In this document: positions 25,201 through 38,089 of the stretch, in pieces
Layout: each line of letters begins with the position of its first letter
How positions within the stretch are numbered: the stretch's first letter is position 1
Origin: Mytilus trossulus
Taxonomy: Eukaryota
Direction: 5' to 3'
Length of the DNA stretch: 64,000 nt
Assembly: GCF_036588685.1 (NCBI RefSeq)
Contig: NC_086380.1
Location: forward strand, 76,136,001 to 76,200,000
Program-made: the position numbers and the translations under genes
Notes under the pieces: generated by a model
What the model saw: only the letters and a program-made list of their open reading frames with translations
Databases searched by the model: none
Told to the model about the DNA's origin: nothing

Positions 25201-26041
25201 TGCACTGTTTAACGATGTTATGGAAGACATAACACATCGTATTACAACATTGAATTCTCTAATCGATAACAGACAGTCAAACTTACAATCAATAGAGAAA
25301 TCTAAAGTGTTGAATCAAATTGTCGATATGGAGCATGAACTAACTACCAGTTTTACATCACTGCAACGAAAACATGAAATGGATATCAACAAACAAGAAC
25401 AAGACATATCCAAAGTCTTGGTCGATGTAATAGAACATACACACAAAATGGATTTTTTGAGAGATCATGGATCTAAGAATCAGCTCTTTATATTCTTACG
25501 CCAACAAGTAACACATATTTATAGCCCCGAGGCCAAGATTCAGCTGATGGTATCCAATTTACAAGAAATCAATCTTACCTTTGATGAAAATAAAGATGTT
25601 AAGCTTGAGTCTCTCGGGTCACTGTTAGAGTTGGTTAAACCATGCCATGTTCTATACAACCCAAGGAAATGTCAACAGGCCCAGATAACTGCAAAACCAA
25701 TGAAAAACATTATTGGGTTTGAGCAGGATACGGAAGTACAACTGAAAACTGGGGAAGTATATGTTCTTCGGGATGTGTCATTCACACATGATAATAAGCT
25801 ACTCCTCATTCATAATTCGTCAACATATTCAAAACTCTATGTCTTCAGAGATTGTAAAGATTATGAGACAGATATGACATTTTCCAATCGACCTTTTAGT
25901 GTTATTGTGATACCTGGTACCAACAGAGCTGTTATTACCCTACCAGACGAAAAGTCTATACAATTTATAAATACGACAACGATGACAAAGGACAACAAAG
26001 TTCAAGTCGGATTTACATGTTATGGTATCAGTGCTGGACAT

Positions 26042-26230
26042 TAGACCGTTGGTTTTCCCGTTTGAATGGTTTTACATTAGTAATTTTGGGGGCCTTTATA
26101 GCTTGTTGTTCGGTGTGAGCCAAGGATCCGTGTTGAAGGCCGTACTTTAACCTATAACGGTTTATTTTTTAAATTGTTATTTGGATGGAGAGTTGTCTCA
26201 TTGGCACTCCCACCACATCTTCCTATATCT
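26042..26230 (+). mobile_element. 5'-truncated SINE-like repeat (family D) inserted in the copy 5 coding sequence
   Basis: Splits gctggacat/gacaga. Other copies lie at ~10625-10965 (reverse, longer), 19870-19940, 24575-24720, 45410-45560 and 51690-51850. Confidence 0.8.
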
Positions 26231-26505
26231 ATGACAGAATTTTAGTTGGTGGTGATTATGGTACTATCAAAACATTAGACATTAATGGGGCAATTCTAAA
26301 AGCAACCCAACATGGATTAAATTGTATTTACTTAATAGCATACGATGATATTCGTGATCATTTGATTGTTAGATGTGTTGGTAAACTCCTTTGTGTAAAA
26401 TAAGATGGAACACTAGTTTACAGTAAGAACGTTTCAGGAATAGCAGATGTAACACTTGATCAACAGAGGAACATTTATTTTTTTGTGGTTTTACAACTCA
26501 CAATA

Positions 26506-27271
26506 CTGTGAAAGTACTTTAATTCGTGGGTATCAATTTTCGTGGTTTGAGCAATATTTACATGTTCGTGGGTTTTTAAATTCGTGGATTTTAGTTTTCT
26601 TTAAAAAAATTGAAAAAATTAAAGCCTTTAGACACGAAGTTTGCAAATTATGATAAATCTTGATTGAAGGAAATAATTGCAAAGTAAACATTGACCCGTG
26701 TAAATCGCAATGACAACACCAATTAACCCAAGATAAAGTGATCAACAGATTAAAGACCATGGAAGGTGTTAATTAGGCCATAAACATGTCACCTAAAGGA
26801 AACAGTAACATAAACAAATGCTATAAACGTATTTTGAATTGTCAAATAATTCTTATCAAAATCAAGTCCAGCATAAAACATTATTATTTACCATGTGTAC
26901 GAGAACTATAGGGATATAAAATGAACACTTAATCATACTGGCATATCATACTGGAAATCTGACTTTCATCGATCAAATATATTTTTATGAGAATTAAAAG
27001 ATCAAAAGTTGTACAATATATGTAATTAAAGATAAAATTGTACAATCTTGCATGCAGGTGTAGGTCTGTGACTGCTGTTGAAATAATCTCAGATTTGGCG
27101 ATATTCAAAACAAGCTCTTGATCATATCAGTAGTCAAACATACATGGGGATCATTCCATGTCTTGATTTGGACAATGGTTGTTTTATTTCGTTGGACACT
27201 TAAATTCGTGGATAAAGCCATCCACGAAAACCACGAAAATTGGTACCCCACGAATAAAAGTACTTTCACAG
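26506..27271. mobile_element. MITE with ~44-bp imperfect TIRs and TA TSD (Tc1/mariner/pogo-type)
   Basis: TA-ctgtgaaagtactttaattcgtggg ... cccacgaataaaagtactttcacag-TA. Removing it restores cac aat ata caa aga (HNIQR). Confidence 0.92.
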
Positions 27272-27659
27272 TATACAAAGAATATCGTCAGATGGAAACC
27301 ACTGGGAAGAAATGCTGAACACAGACAGTAACATTTACCATACATATGGAATGTGTTTTAACGAAGACTTCACAAAACTGGTTGTTATTAATGACGGAGG
27401 CAAGGCCGTACATGTATACAAGTGCAAGTAAATATACATGTAAAACAACATGAACATTGACAACCTATACCGCATAGCCAGCTATATGACAAATATAGAA
27501 TTTTTGTACATGGTAAAATAAAGGAACAAACACAAAATAGAGTAGGTGGCACGTATTCGCCACGGACACATTTTTGCCGATTTGCTATTTTTTCTGTAAA
27601 AGTTGTGTGCCTTTTCTTAGTACATAGATTGTAGAGGCTGTTTGTTATGTTCGAATATA

Positions 27660-28848
27660 TACTGAGTGCCAATGAAAACGCAACACTTTTGTTTTTCAAA
27701 AAATTCTGATCCTTTTTTATTTTATTTATATTAGAACTTTGTATAGTTGGTTTAAAATTACTTTTAAGACAATTGACAACAACTTAACGGTTGAGTGATT
27801 TTTGGTACAAAAGCGAAGTAAGGGTTATTTTGATCGGACATAAACCGAGTTCACCGCTTTTCAACATACGCACCGTTTTCACGATTTTGTCATTTAAAGC
27901 TTGGATAATGGCATGAATTATCCCGCCATTATTGTTAGGAATCTGCAATAAACATCTGAGTAAATGCCAGGACTTTCTGACAACCAGCGACATGCAGTTT
28001 TGGGTATGATCCAATGAAGCCTTTCACAGCAAGACTGAAGTTGTAGCCTCTACAATAACCCAAATCATTCACAAATTCAAACAAAATGGATCATTTAATG
28101 ATTAATTAAGCCACATCCCGGGGTACAAAAAGCAAGAAATGCACAAGCCAGACCGATACATTTGGTCTAAAACATATTCGATTTTGACTCTGATAGCTGT
28201 ACAAAGGTCACGAGAGTTCAATGGTGGTCACGGTAGATCATTTGGAGCAATTTCAGTAAAGCACCATTTCCGCAGAAATTGTTAAAGAGCACTAAATTTC
28301 CTTAGGAACATCTAAACGGCCACCAGGTGTAAATAGTGAATGTTGTAGACCAAACATCATTCATTATGTACCAAAAACCGTCCGTGCTGATTACATAGAC
28401 ATTTTGCACCAATCTTGGCCAAAAGTCATGTGTTTCGCGTGATTTTGGTCTGATCGAGCAAATTTTGCATCAGATTTGACATGGTTTAGACGATGAAAAC
28501 CACCACCAATATCATAAATTCAGTTTGAGTTTGATTTGCGGGACAAGTGGAATAACATTCCTCGAGATTACATTACACGTCCGGGATGATCAATTCCACG
28601 GCGCTGTCGAGATTGCGCTGCACAACGGGGTTGTAACATGTTTTGTTAGGACTGTGAGTTGATGATTCGACATTGGATGTTTCGTTTACCTATAGCGTCT
28701 GAAAGATGACAATGAAACATTTTTTTTTATATCGATCTATTGTTAGAATTGTTAATTTTCAAGAACAATTTATTTTGAAAGATTATCATTTCTAATATAA
28801 ATTTTATTTTTGAAAAACCAAGTGTTGCGTTTTCATTGGCACTCAGTA
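27660..28848 (+). mobile_element. Decayed, internally deleted Tc1-family transposon
   Basis: Perfect ~29-bp TIR tactgagtgccaatgaaaacgcaacactt with TA TSD. A remnant of the Tc1 C-terminus (WNNIPRDYI...PRRCRDCAAQRG) lies at ~28548-28635. Confidence 0.88.
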
Positions 28849-30184
28849 TATAAAGAAATATGCAGGTGTTTGTAATGGTGGTTTTGTTGCTATTATGTAA
28901 GATTAATATAGCAATCATGCTCAGTCTTAAAGTAAATATTTGTGATAAAAATCAAATAGGAATTATCTCTTCAACTTATTAATGTAACTACATTCATTCG
29001 TTTTTATAATATACCATAATAATGAGGATGGTCATAACATACAAATGGAAATGTGTCCCCCATGGTACACGAGAAACTTTAATTTCACTCGAGTTTGCGT
29101 TCAGTTTTAGAACCAATGTTTTGAAAATGATTCTTTTATTAAACTTGCATCAAGTAAAATTTCTGAAACTTACATTAAAAGCTCCAACCATTCGGTTGTA
29201 AGTGAAAATGAACGAACTATGCTTTCATTTAGCCGCAAGAAAATTAGTTTTATGATAAAAAACAACAAAAAGAGATATGGTATACAATAAAACCAATGAC
29301 TAAAAATAAAAAATAGTAAGGACTAATTATTTAGTTTTTACATACCAAATCTGCTTAGTTAATTCGAGGTTTTTCGTTTTATTTGTTTGTAGGCTTTTTT
29401 TTTTTTTATAAATATAGAATTAATGTTTTTGTTTGTCTTTTCCCCGAACTGTATACCCCCACCCCCACCCCACCCTCAGATTCATATAGGATATATGTTG
29501 TTGATAGTTTCTCCGCTAACTGTAACGGCTGTAATTTGCCATCATTGCGTATAAATAAAAAGTGAAAAATCAACACGGTAAGGTGAATAATCATACAATA
29601 TTCCTCTTTCAGGTAGTACCTATAAGATCATCTAAGACTGAAGGGAGATAATTTTGTAAAATCAGCCAAACGTTTTACACACGTTATAGTGTTAGGGAAA
29701 TATTAAGGTTCTCAATGACCAAAATGTCAAACTGCTATATATTTATCCATTATTTCCCAAGAAAGTGATTGGTTCAAGTTTTTTTGAAATTTTAATTTTT
29801 TTTCAAACGTTCATAGAACTATAACATGATAAACATTATATCAAAATTATATAAAAATTACACGAGCTAAATTTATTTTAGTCAAAGTAATGGGTACAAA
29901 CTTAATAGATAAAAAAAATATTGCATTGCTGTTTCAGTATTGGAAAGTCGTTAAATTGAATGTTGGCTTTCACGCTTTTCTTTATTAATAAATTTTTAAA
30001 GCATAAAATCGCAAACAAAATAAAATACATCTGCTGCCGCATGCATAATTAACTATTGTAATATTCGGTTATGTCTTTTTTGATTTTTGTCATCAAATTA
30101 TTAGAAAACATTATTTGACTTTAGCATGAAATTGTTATTTTTTCTAATTTATTTTTAACCGAGGTGTCGCAGGATGTAAGACTG

Positions 30185-30450
30185 ATAAAAGTGCCAGGTA
30201 GTGTTTAAATATATCATACATATCTTTATCATCCTTATATAATGTCTACATTAAGTTCTATTATTGTCTTAGTGCTGGCTTCAAGAATCAGTATTGCAAG
30301 TTAAACAGCAAAAAAGTCGTGGTTAATTTTGAATCTGTTGATCTCGTTTAAATCCAACAGGTAAGTTTTCTTAATTTAGCAGTGTTATTGTTTGTTTTGA
30401 CGACTAGCTAATTCTAGGTTTATATGGTTTACATATATGGAAAGTAAATT
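30185..30450 (+). promoter_or_regulatory. Putative promoter + non-coding exon 1 cassette of copy 6
   Basis: Paralogous to 11340-11600, with donor CAG|GTAAGT (GT at 30361). The GC box has degenerated to aagtgccaggtagtgt and the IRF-like site is altered. Confidence 0.55.
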
Positions 30451-30749
30451 ATTTCACAATCTGTTCTTTATTGCGTTACTGTTTATTATAAACTATTACA
30501 ATAAAATATTCCTTTTTTTTATTACTTCAATTTGGTTTCAAATGGATAAAGTTCATACTGTTTGTCTACTATATAGAGGCATCAATGTCAGAGAGAGTGC
30601 GAATCGTTTGAACAGCCGATATAGTTTGTAATAAGGTAAATCTTTACAATTATATTATATATTTGTGCAGTGTGTTGTGTTGTAAACACAAGATTCAATG
30701 TTCAGATTTTGTGAAATGAAGCAAGACCTTGCAAATATCAGATGAATTA

Positions 30750-31022
30750 ATGTATTGAATTAAGACAAGGAAAGAATGTCTGTGTTTTTGGAACGAGGAA
30801 ATATGTATTAAATTAAGACAAGGAAAGAAGGTCTGTGTTTTTGGAACGAGGAAATATGTATTAAATTAAGACAAGGAAAGAAGGTCTGTGTTTTTGGAAC
30901 GAGGAAATATGTATTAAATTAAGACAAGGAAAGAAGGTCTGTGTTTTTGGAACGAGGAAATATGTATTAAATTAAGACAAGGAAAGAAGGTCTGTGTTTT
31001 TGGAACGAACAAATATGTATTG
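30750..31022. repeat. 53-bp minisatellite, 5 copies
   Basis: ggaacga at 30790, 30843, 30896, 30949 and 31002. Single copy in the paralogous intron at ~11888-11948. Confidence 0.95.
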
Positions 31023-31428
31023 AAAGAAGTAACAGGAGATGGTCAAGATTTGGACTGCAAAAAATAGCCAGTGAAATTGATTTTTTACCTAAATTAAAGA
31101 TGAAAAAAGTTTAAAAAATAGTAACCGCTGTTTTGTTTGGTAAAATTGAATTCAAATCATCGGAAGCCTCGAAATTGATTTTGATTGGTTAATTCAGTTT
31201 AAAGATTGACTTGAAAATGAGCAGTTGGGCGATGTGCATCAGACATAACGGTCATTATAATCAAACAAAAGGTATCAATCAAAAGAGTTATGACACATAA
31301 TAAACCTTTTAGTGAATACAAGCTATAAATCTCACCATTAATTTTTTTTATATCTTATCTTTAATGTATTTTATTTTGAGAACATGATCGAACATTTGGT
31401 GTTTATGAGAGATCTTGTATTATTTCAG

Positions 31429-31964
31429 CAACTGTTAAAAAGTGAGGACGATTTATATCTTGAATTTTTATGTACTTTTCTGTGGTCTCCTTTTGAATAT
31501 AGTATGCGGCCCTCCAGTTGTCTTTTAACTGTATTTGTCGTTGACTTATTGTCTCATTGTTTACAACTGTTAAAAAGTGAGGACGATTTATATCTTGAAT
31601 TTTTATGTACTTTTCTGTGGTCTCTTTTTGAATATAGTATGCGGCCCTCCAGTTGTCTTTTAACTGTATTTGTCGTTGACTTATTGTCTCATTGTTTACA
31701 ACTGTTAAAAAGTGAGGACGATTTATATCTTGAATTTTTATGTACTTTTCTGTGGTCTCCTTTTGAATATAGTATGCGGCCCTCCAGTTGTCTTTTAACT
31801 GTATTTGTCGTTGACTTATTGTCTCATTGTTTACAACTGTTAAAAAGTGAGGACGATTTATATCTTGAATTTGTATGTACTTTTCTGTGGTCTCCTTTTG
31901 AATATAGTATGCGGCCCTCCAGTTGTCTTTTAACTGTATGTGTCGTTAACTTATTGTCTCATTG
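31429..31964. repeat. 135-bp tandem repeat, 4 copies
   Basis: caactgttaaaaagtgagg at 31429, 31564, 31699 and 31834. Single copy at ~12317-12448. Confidence 0.95.
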
Positions 31965-33073
31965 AGATTAACCCAGATGTTTTACCAAATATTCATTTGG
32001 CCAATTGTATTTTAAAATATCATCAAACGATCGTTACATTATACTAAACGTAAACAAAAATTTCACACCTCGATGCATCACAGCTGGAATTGTGATATTT
32101 GTAATATTTTTTATGAAACCACGTCTATGATAGTAAGAATGGGTGTTTTATGTGGAAGGAATTGATATGCATTACTAGTATTCAATGCATGATTTTTTAA
32201 TTCTAAGATTTAAGCGTTTTACTTATAGATTGCCTTCGTCATAATAGGAAAAACTATTCGTTGTTTTGGTTTCGTATATTTGATAAGCCTTTTTCGCATC
32301 TGTGGACAAAATGATCAGTCTGCTCTATTTTATGTGTTTTTGATATACAAGAAACATTACTTTTTTTTGACTGAATTATTTCTTCTAAATTTGATACATT
32401 TTTTTTTAAATACACCAACAAACAATGTTATTTAACAATGATTTCCGTCATTGTAATCAAATTCTGATATTGTGGTACACTACTCTGGGATGAATATAAT
32501 CGTAGCTTAATCTAGCAGCCATTTTTATGTGAGTGGATCTCTGTTTTTATAGATTATGTGATAAATGACCTCATTAATCCAGTCAAGGAGTATCATAAAA
32601 TGATTTACAAATAGCGGTTTGGTTTATAAAGTTGCTAAAGTTATCTTTCTTGAAACATAAGCAACTTCCATAACTACATATATAGTTTGTCATTGTCTCA
32701 GTTTTGATTAAAAATAAAAATAAATCCTAGCTTTAAAAATAATAAATCGATCCTTTTCAAGGAAACCACACACACACTTTACCGTACTATGTGCCAAACA
32801 AAGAATCTAGTTTCAAATACATAATGATACATTGTAATGTGACCAGTATAAATTCAAAGCGTGTTTATTTTTTATTGGTTAACTTTGGATTATTTGTCCC
32901 TTATTTTTGGTTTTCTGAAAAAATACTGCATTTGCTCTTTACCGTAGTGTAATCTTATCTTAGATCACAGTCTTAGTAATTTTGCAGTAATATTAAGACT
33001 TTTGATTTTGCTATGCTTTACACTACTATTTCCATGCTCAGTCATATCTCATTTGTTTTCAGAAATTTTCTCT

Positions 33074-34723
33074 ATGGCATCAACTAGGTTCTGTGATCCT
33101 TGTTCCGAAGCTGACAAGTCTTCAACAGCAACAAAGTATTGCTCTGACTGTGAAGAAAGACTTTGCACAGACTGTGATGAATCACATTGCAGATTCAAAG
33201 CCTTCAAATCTCACCATGTTATCGACCTGACGTCCATCGGATCCAATAAACTGATGCCTGCGATAAAAAACTGCAATGTCCATTCAGGGATGCTTTTGGA
33301 TTATTACTGCACAGATCATGAGATCGTATGCTGTAGAGCCTGCATATCTGATAAACACAGGGTTTGTCAGAACGTTCTCCCATTGGAACTTGCCTCGAAG
33401 GATGTAAAAAAGTCTGCACTGTTTAACGATGTTATGGAAGACATGACGCATCTTATTACAACATTGAACGCTTTAGACAATAACAGACAGTCAAACTTAC
33501 AATCAATGGAGGAATCCAAATCAACAATAACTAAGAAGATCCGAGCAGTGAAATCCAAATTTTTGAAACAAATTGACGATTTGGAGCGTGAATTAACGAC
33601 CACTTTGTCATCTCTCCAACGAAAACATGAAATGGAAATCAACAAACAAAAGCAAGAAATATCGCAAGTCTTGGTCAATGTTATAGAAAATAAAAACGAG
33701 ATGGATTTTTTGAGAGATCATGGATCTAAGAATCAGCTCTTTATATTCCTTCGCCAACAAGTAACAAATATTCATAGCGCCGAGGCCAAGATTCAGCAGA
33801 TAGTATCCGATTCACAAGAATTCAATATAACCTTTGACGAAAAGAAATATGGTAAGCTTGAGTCTTTCGGGTCACTGTCAGAGTATGTCCAACCATGTCA
33901 AGTTCAATACAAACCAAAGAAATTTCAACAAGCCCAGATAAAGGCAGAACCAATGAAAAATATTCTAGGGTTTAGGAAGGATACAGTATTAAAATTTAAT
34001 ACTGATGCGGTAAAAAGTATTTTGAGTGTATCAGTGACAGATAATAATAAGCTCCTCATTACTAATACAGCATCATCCGATACCAAACTGTATGTTTACA
34101 GAGACTGTAAAGATTATGAGACAGAGATAGCTTTTTCCTCCGAACCTCATGGTGTTGTTGTGATACCTGGTACGGACAGAGCTGTTATTACCCTACCTAA
34201 CGAGAATTCTATACAATTCATCAATACGACAAAGATGACAAAGGACAACACAGTTAACGCTGGATTTACATGTTATGGTATCACTGCTGGACGTGACAGA
34301 ATTTACGTTGGTGGTACAGGTGGTACTATCAAAACATTAGACCCCAATGGGACAGTTCTAAAAACGATTCAACAAGGATCTAATAATATTTTCTTCATAG
34401 CATACGATGATATTCATGATCATTTGATTGTTAGATGTCATGACAAACTCCTTTGTATCAAAGTAGATGGAACCCAAGTATACAGCAAGGACGTCTCAGG
34501 TTTAGCAGGAGTAACACGCGATAGGCGTGGTAACATTTACTACGGTTGTTACTATGCCAACAACATACAGAGAATATCATCAGATGGGGAAAACTGTGAA
34601 GAAATGCTGAACAAAGACAATGGCATTTACCGTCCGTATGGAATGTGTTTTAATAACGACTTCACGAAACTGTTTGTAATTAATAACGATGGTAAATCTG
34701 TTCGTGTATACAAATGCAAGTAA
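33074..34723 (+). CDS. Copy 6: RING-less TRIM-like B-box/coiled-coil/propeller protein, 549 aa
   Basis: ATG at 33074, 11 nt after the acceptor tttgttttcag. Intact ORF with the same domain layout. Confidence 0.93.
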   Translation: MASTRFCDPCSEADKSSTATKYCSDCEERLCTDCDESHCRFKAFKSHHVIDLTSIGSNKLMPAIKNCNVHSGMLLDYYCTDHEIVCCRACISDKHRVCQNVLPLELASKDVKKSALFNDVMEDMTHLITTLNALDNNRQSNLQSMEESKSTITKKIRAVKSKFLKQIDDLERELTTTLSSLQRKHEMEINKQKQEISQVLVNVIENKNEMDFLRDHGSKNQLFIFLRQQVTNIHSAEAKIQQIVSDSQEFNITFDEKKYGKLESFGSLSEYVQPCQVQYKPKKFQQAQIKAEPMKNILGFRKDTVLKFNTDAVKSILSVSVTDNNKLLITNTASSDTKLYVYRDCKDYETEIAFSSEPHGVVVIPGTDRAVITLPNENSIQFINTTKMTKDNTVNAGFTCYGITAGRDRIYVGGTGGTIKTLDPNGTVLKTIQQGSNNIFFIAYDDIHDHLIVRCHDKLLCIKVDGTQVYSKDVSGLAGVTRDRRGNIYYGCYYANNIQRISSDGENCEEMLNKDNGIYRPYGMCFNNDFTKLFVINNDGKSVRVYKCK

Positions 34724-35898
34724 ATGTTTTTATGAAACAACATGAGTACTTGAATTTATATTATGTAATTTATCGTGTTACTTAAATATACACATATAAA
34801 GTGCAAACTTCTTTTTTATATTTTCTGTTTAATTTTCGCTTTTTCATGCGGTTACGAAGAAATAATATTCGGAGAAAAACAAGTAAAGTACAAACAAAGA
34901 CGAAATAAACAAAAATGAATATAAAGATTGAGAATAAAAGTGGAAAAATCAAAAAAAAATACAATAAATAGCGTACATAAATAGCACGCATTAGTAAACA
35001 ATACAAGCAAGCAAATATTAAACAAACATTTACAGTCTTCGAAAAAAAGATGAAAAAGCCAAATAGAAATGAACAATTTAAACTCGATTACAAAGAAAAA
35101 CAAAATACCACAAAAAATCAAATAAAAATTGTAGATTCAATATATGAAATGATTCAAATGTTTACACAATTCATCTGCACTCAAAATATTGAAATTAGTA
35201 CTTTAATTTAGAAACCACATTTATTGTTATACAGTATCTGTTGTATAGTAGTATAATGTTTGTTGAAAATCTTTATATTGTGTATCGCCAACTTGTTTCA
35301 TTACGTAATGTGCAATTGGTACTTTTTTGGGGGGTGATTAAGAATACAATATTACAATGTATTTCCTATTTCCTATTTCCTCTTAATACCGCATTTCTAT
35401 AACGAAACCAACTTTGAGTAGTAATGAATGTTGATCTGCGGCTAACGGATTTTGTCCCCTCAGGATCTAATTTTAAGTACATTTAGAAGACACATTAGAT
35501 GAACTTATAAATGGATCAGCCACAGTTTCAAGTACTCATATAATCAGCATGTTCTGATGGAATGACAAGTTCACACAGGATAATCGCAATATATGGATAA
35601 TCCGAACAGCGGAAGATGTTTGGAAATTAAATTCAATTCCTGTGTTTGAAACTTAAGGTAGAAATTCAAAAAAATTAACCACACACAATGGGAAATCGTG
35701 CGTGTACGAGGTAATACTCTCGGATTGTCTGGCGTCAGCTTTGTACCGAAAGATTTATGAATTAATATGAAAACTATGGTCGCACTCATTTGCACGATTA
35801 TGGATTAGATTATAGTGGTATGTATGCTCTGCAACCTAATCAATCTTTTCCTACCTTATCAGGCCATTATGATACCGTAAACTCTGATGAATATTATA

Positions 35899-36363
35899 AG
35901 TTACATAGTGTGTTAGTGACCTAATATGATATATACAGAGTCAGTAAATTCCATATGGGGTGAGAGGTCATTTGCACACTATGTAACGAATTTATCTTAC
36001 CGACTATCTTTTTTTGTTGAATTTAGGCTAAAGCTTTCTTATTTGCTATCATAACACATCTCCTTATTTCTGTATTAAAAATGTTCAAGTGTTCAATTTT
36101 AAGAACCTTCTTCAATTGATCTGCACTTAAAAAAAACTAATGTAAACGATTAATAACTATGATAAACAACCTTGATATAACAATATAAAACAGAACTTTC
36201 AATATTTTAAATAATTAAACAATGCCTAAGTGGCAAATTCACTACTAATCGCGTATTGAAATAAGCCTCGCCTCCCTACTAACCTAATATTGAATATGCA
36301 CGGTCTCCACGAGGTCGCTTTTAACCAATCATATTCCTAGAAATGTATTTGAGGTAAGATAAT
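35899..36363. mobile_element. Insertion with internal inverted repeat (unclassified, possibly Crypton-like)
   Basis: Absent from the paralogous site at ~24028; contains gttacatagtgtg ... cacactatgtaac. Confidence 0.5.
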
Positions 36364-38089
36364 ATCCCGGATTGCCAGATTATTCAACACAAGTATCTAT
36401 TGAAAACACAAAATCACTATCAAATGGACATATGCAAAACGGTATAGATGAAGAAAATTGGTGTTACATGTGTGTTAATTTGTGTTTTGCTATTCCTTGT
36501 AGTTGTCATTCTCTTGTATCAAACGACATAATTAATGTTATATATTAATTAATATCAAATAAGGTAATACTACGATCAATCAAATGGTTGCCTATGTGAA
36601 ATCTGCGTAAGTTTTATTTACAGTTTTTTTGTGTGTTTATTTGACAGACAATAACAATCAAAACCAAGGAGTAAACAAAGACTTACAAACCCAAAAGACA
36701 TTTACATGAACAGATATAAATAATAAATAAGAAACAACACGAACTCCAATAAAACATATGACGTGGTGCTGTACTTAAATATCCCGTCTTTAACATTGAG
36801 TTATTGTGCTATTGAAAATGTTTTGTATTCCTGTATTTCATTTTGTTTATGTGCTTTGTTTACATGCCTTTTTTGTTACTTTGTTACTTTTTTGTAATGT
36901 TATAGTGATAAAGATTATAACCCAATGTTGAATGCTTTACTCCTATGTTGATATTTTAGCCTATTAAGTATGTTTTTTTCACACATTGTTGTCAATATAA
37001 TATGTATTATCTGCATAAGAATACACCTGTACCCAGTCAGAAATTTTTTGTTATCCATTCATTTGATGCGTTTGAGCTTTTGTTTTTTCCCATTTGATTA
37101 GGGTCTTTCTGTTTAAATGTTTGCATTTTCATGGGAGTTCAGTATTTTTGCGATTTCCTTTTACATGTAAAATTGTAAGATGTCGGCCGAAGAATGCCAA
37201 CACGATCAGTTTTCACATTACATATGATTTGTAAAAACATTTTTTACTAAACCGAATTAATGACGGGTTATATTTTCTTTACTTCTGTAGCATATACATA
37301 TGGGTGTGGTATAGACATTTAATGATTTGGAACATCGCCAGTTTGTCAGTTTGTCAGTTTGTCAGTTTAGTGAACATGTTGAATTGTTAAATATTTTAAA
37401 ACCGGAAATTGTAAAAGATAACATCGTATTCACCTACATTGGGAGGCGTATTATTAAAATTTAAAAGTTAATAAATTTGAAAGAAATTGTGCTGTGTTAA
37501 TGTATATTTTTAGCTGCACATTGACACTTGAATAATTCAGTCAGTCTCCTTTCAAATTGAAATGCTAGGATTGCGAAAACTTCAATTGAATACTTTTGAA
37601 GCTAGATATCTTATTATATTTATGGAATAAAACTATAGTACAAACGTTTGAATTTAAAGTTCTCAGTGGATTATTGTAAACAACTTTTCATACTGTATAT
37701 TTTGGTATTTATTGCTTTTTAATTTCAATAAAACATTTTTTGTTGGTTTTATATTTTGTTGATTTTCGGAAAGTAACTATAGAACATTATAGACGTATGG
37801 ATTTGTAAAGTTATAATGTACAAACCCACGATGAAAAGTAATAACCTGTACAAAATAATAACATGTTCATGGCATATATGTGTACAGAGCCACTTCATAT
37901 GTATCAAAGAAGCACAAAAAGGCACATGAACAAAACACATTAGCAAAAATGAAAGCCAAGAATACGAGCATTACCATAGAACAATAACACAATAACAGGT
38001 GAACAAGTGCCGAGCTACGTCAAATGAATATCAATAAAAACAGACTAAACATAAAAGTAATATTACTAAACATATATAAAAAAAATAGT

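Larger units (their letters stand above)
25201..27431 (+). pseudogene. Copy 5: 5'-truncated, twice-interrupted TRIM-like pseudogene
   Basis: Homology starts at ALFNDVMED, so both B-boxes are missing. It has an in-frame 13-codon deletion between repeated KSK codons, insertions at 26042-26230 and 26506-27271, and a nonsense codon at 26401-26403. It ends VYKCK-TAA at 27431. Confidence 0.93.

Noticed and set aside
31384-31965. 193-aa repetitive ORF
   Set aside because: It is open only because the 135-bp unit is a multiple of three and stop-free. The paralog has a single unit and there is no recognisable domain.
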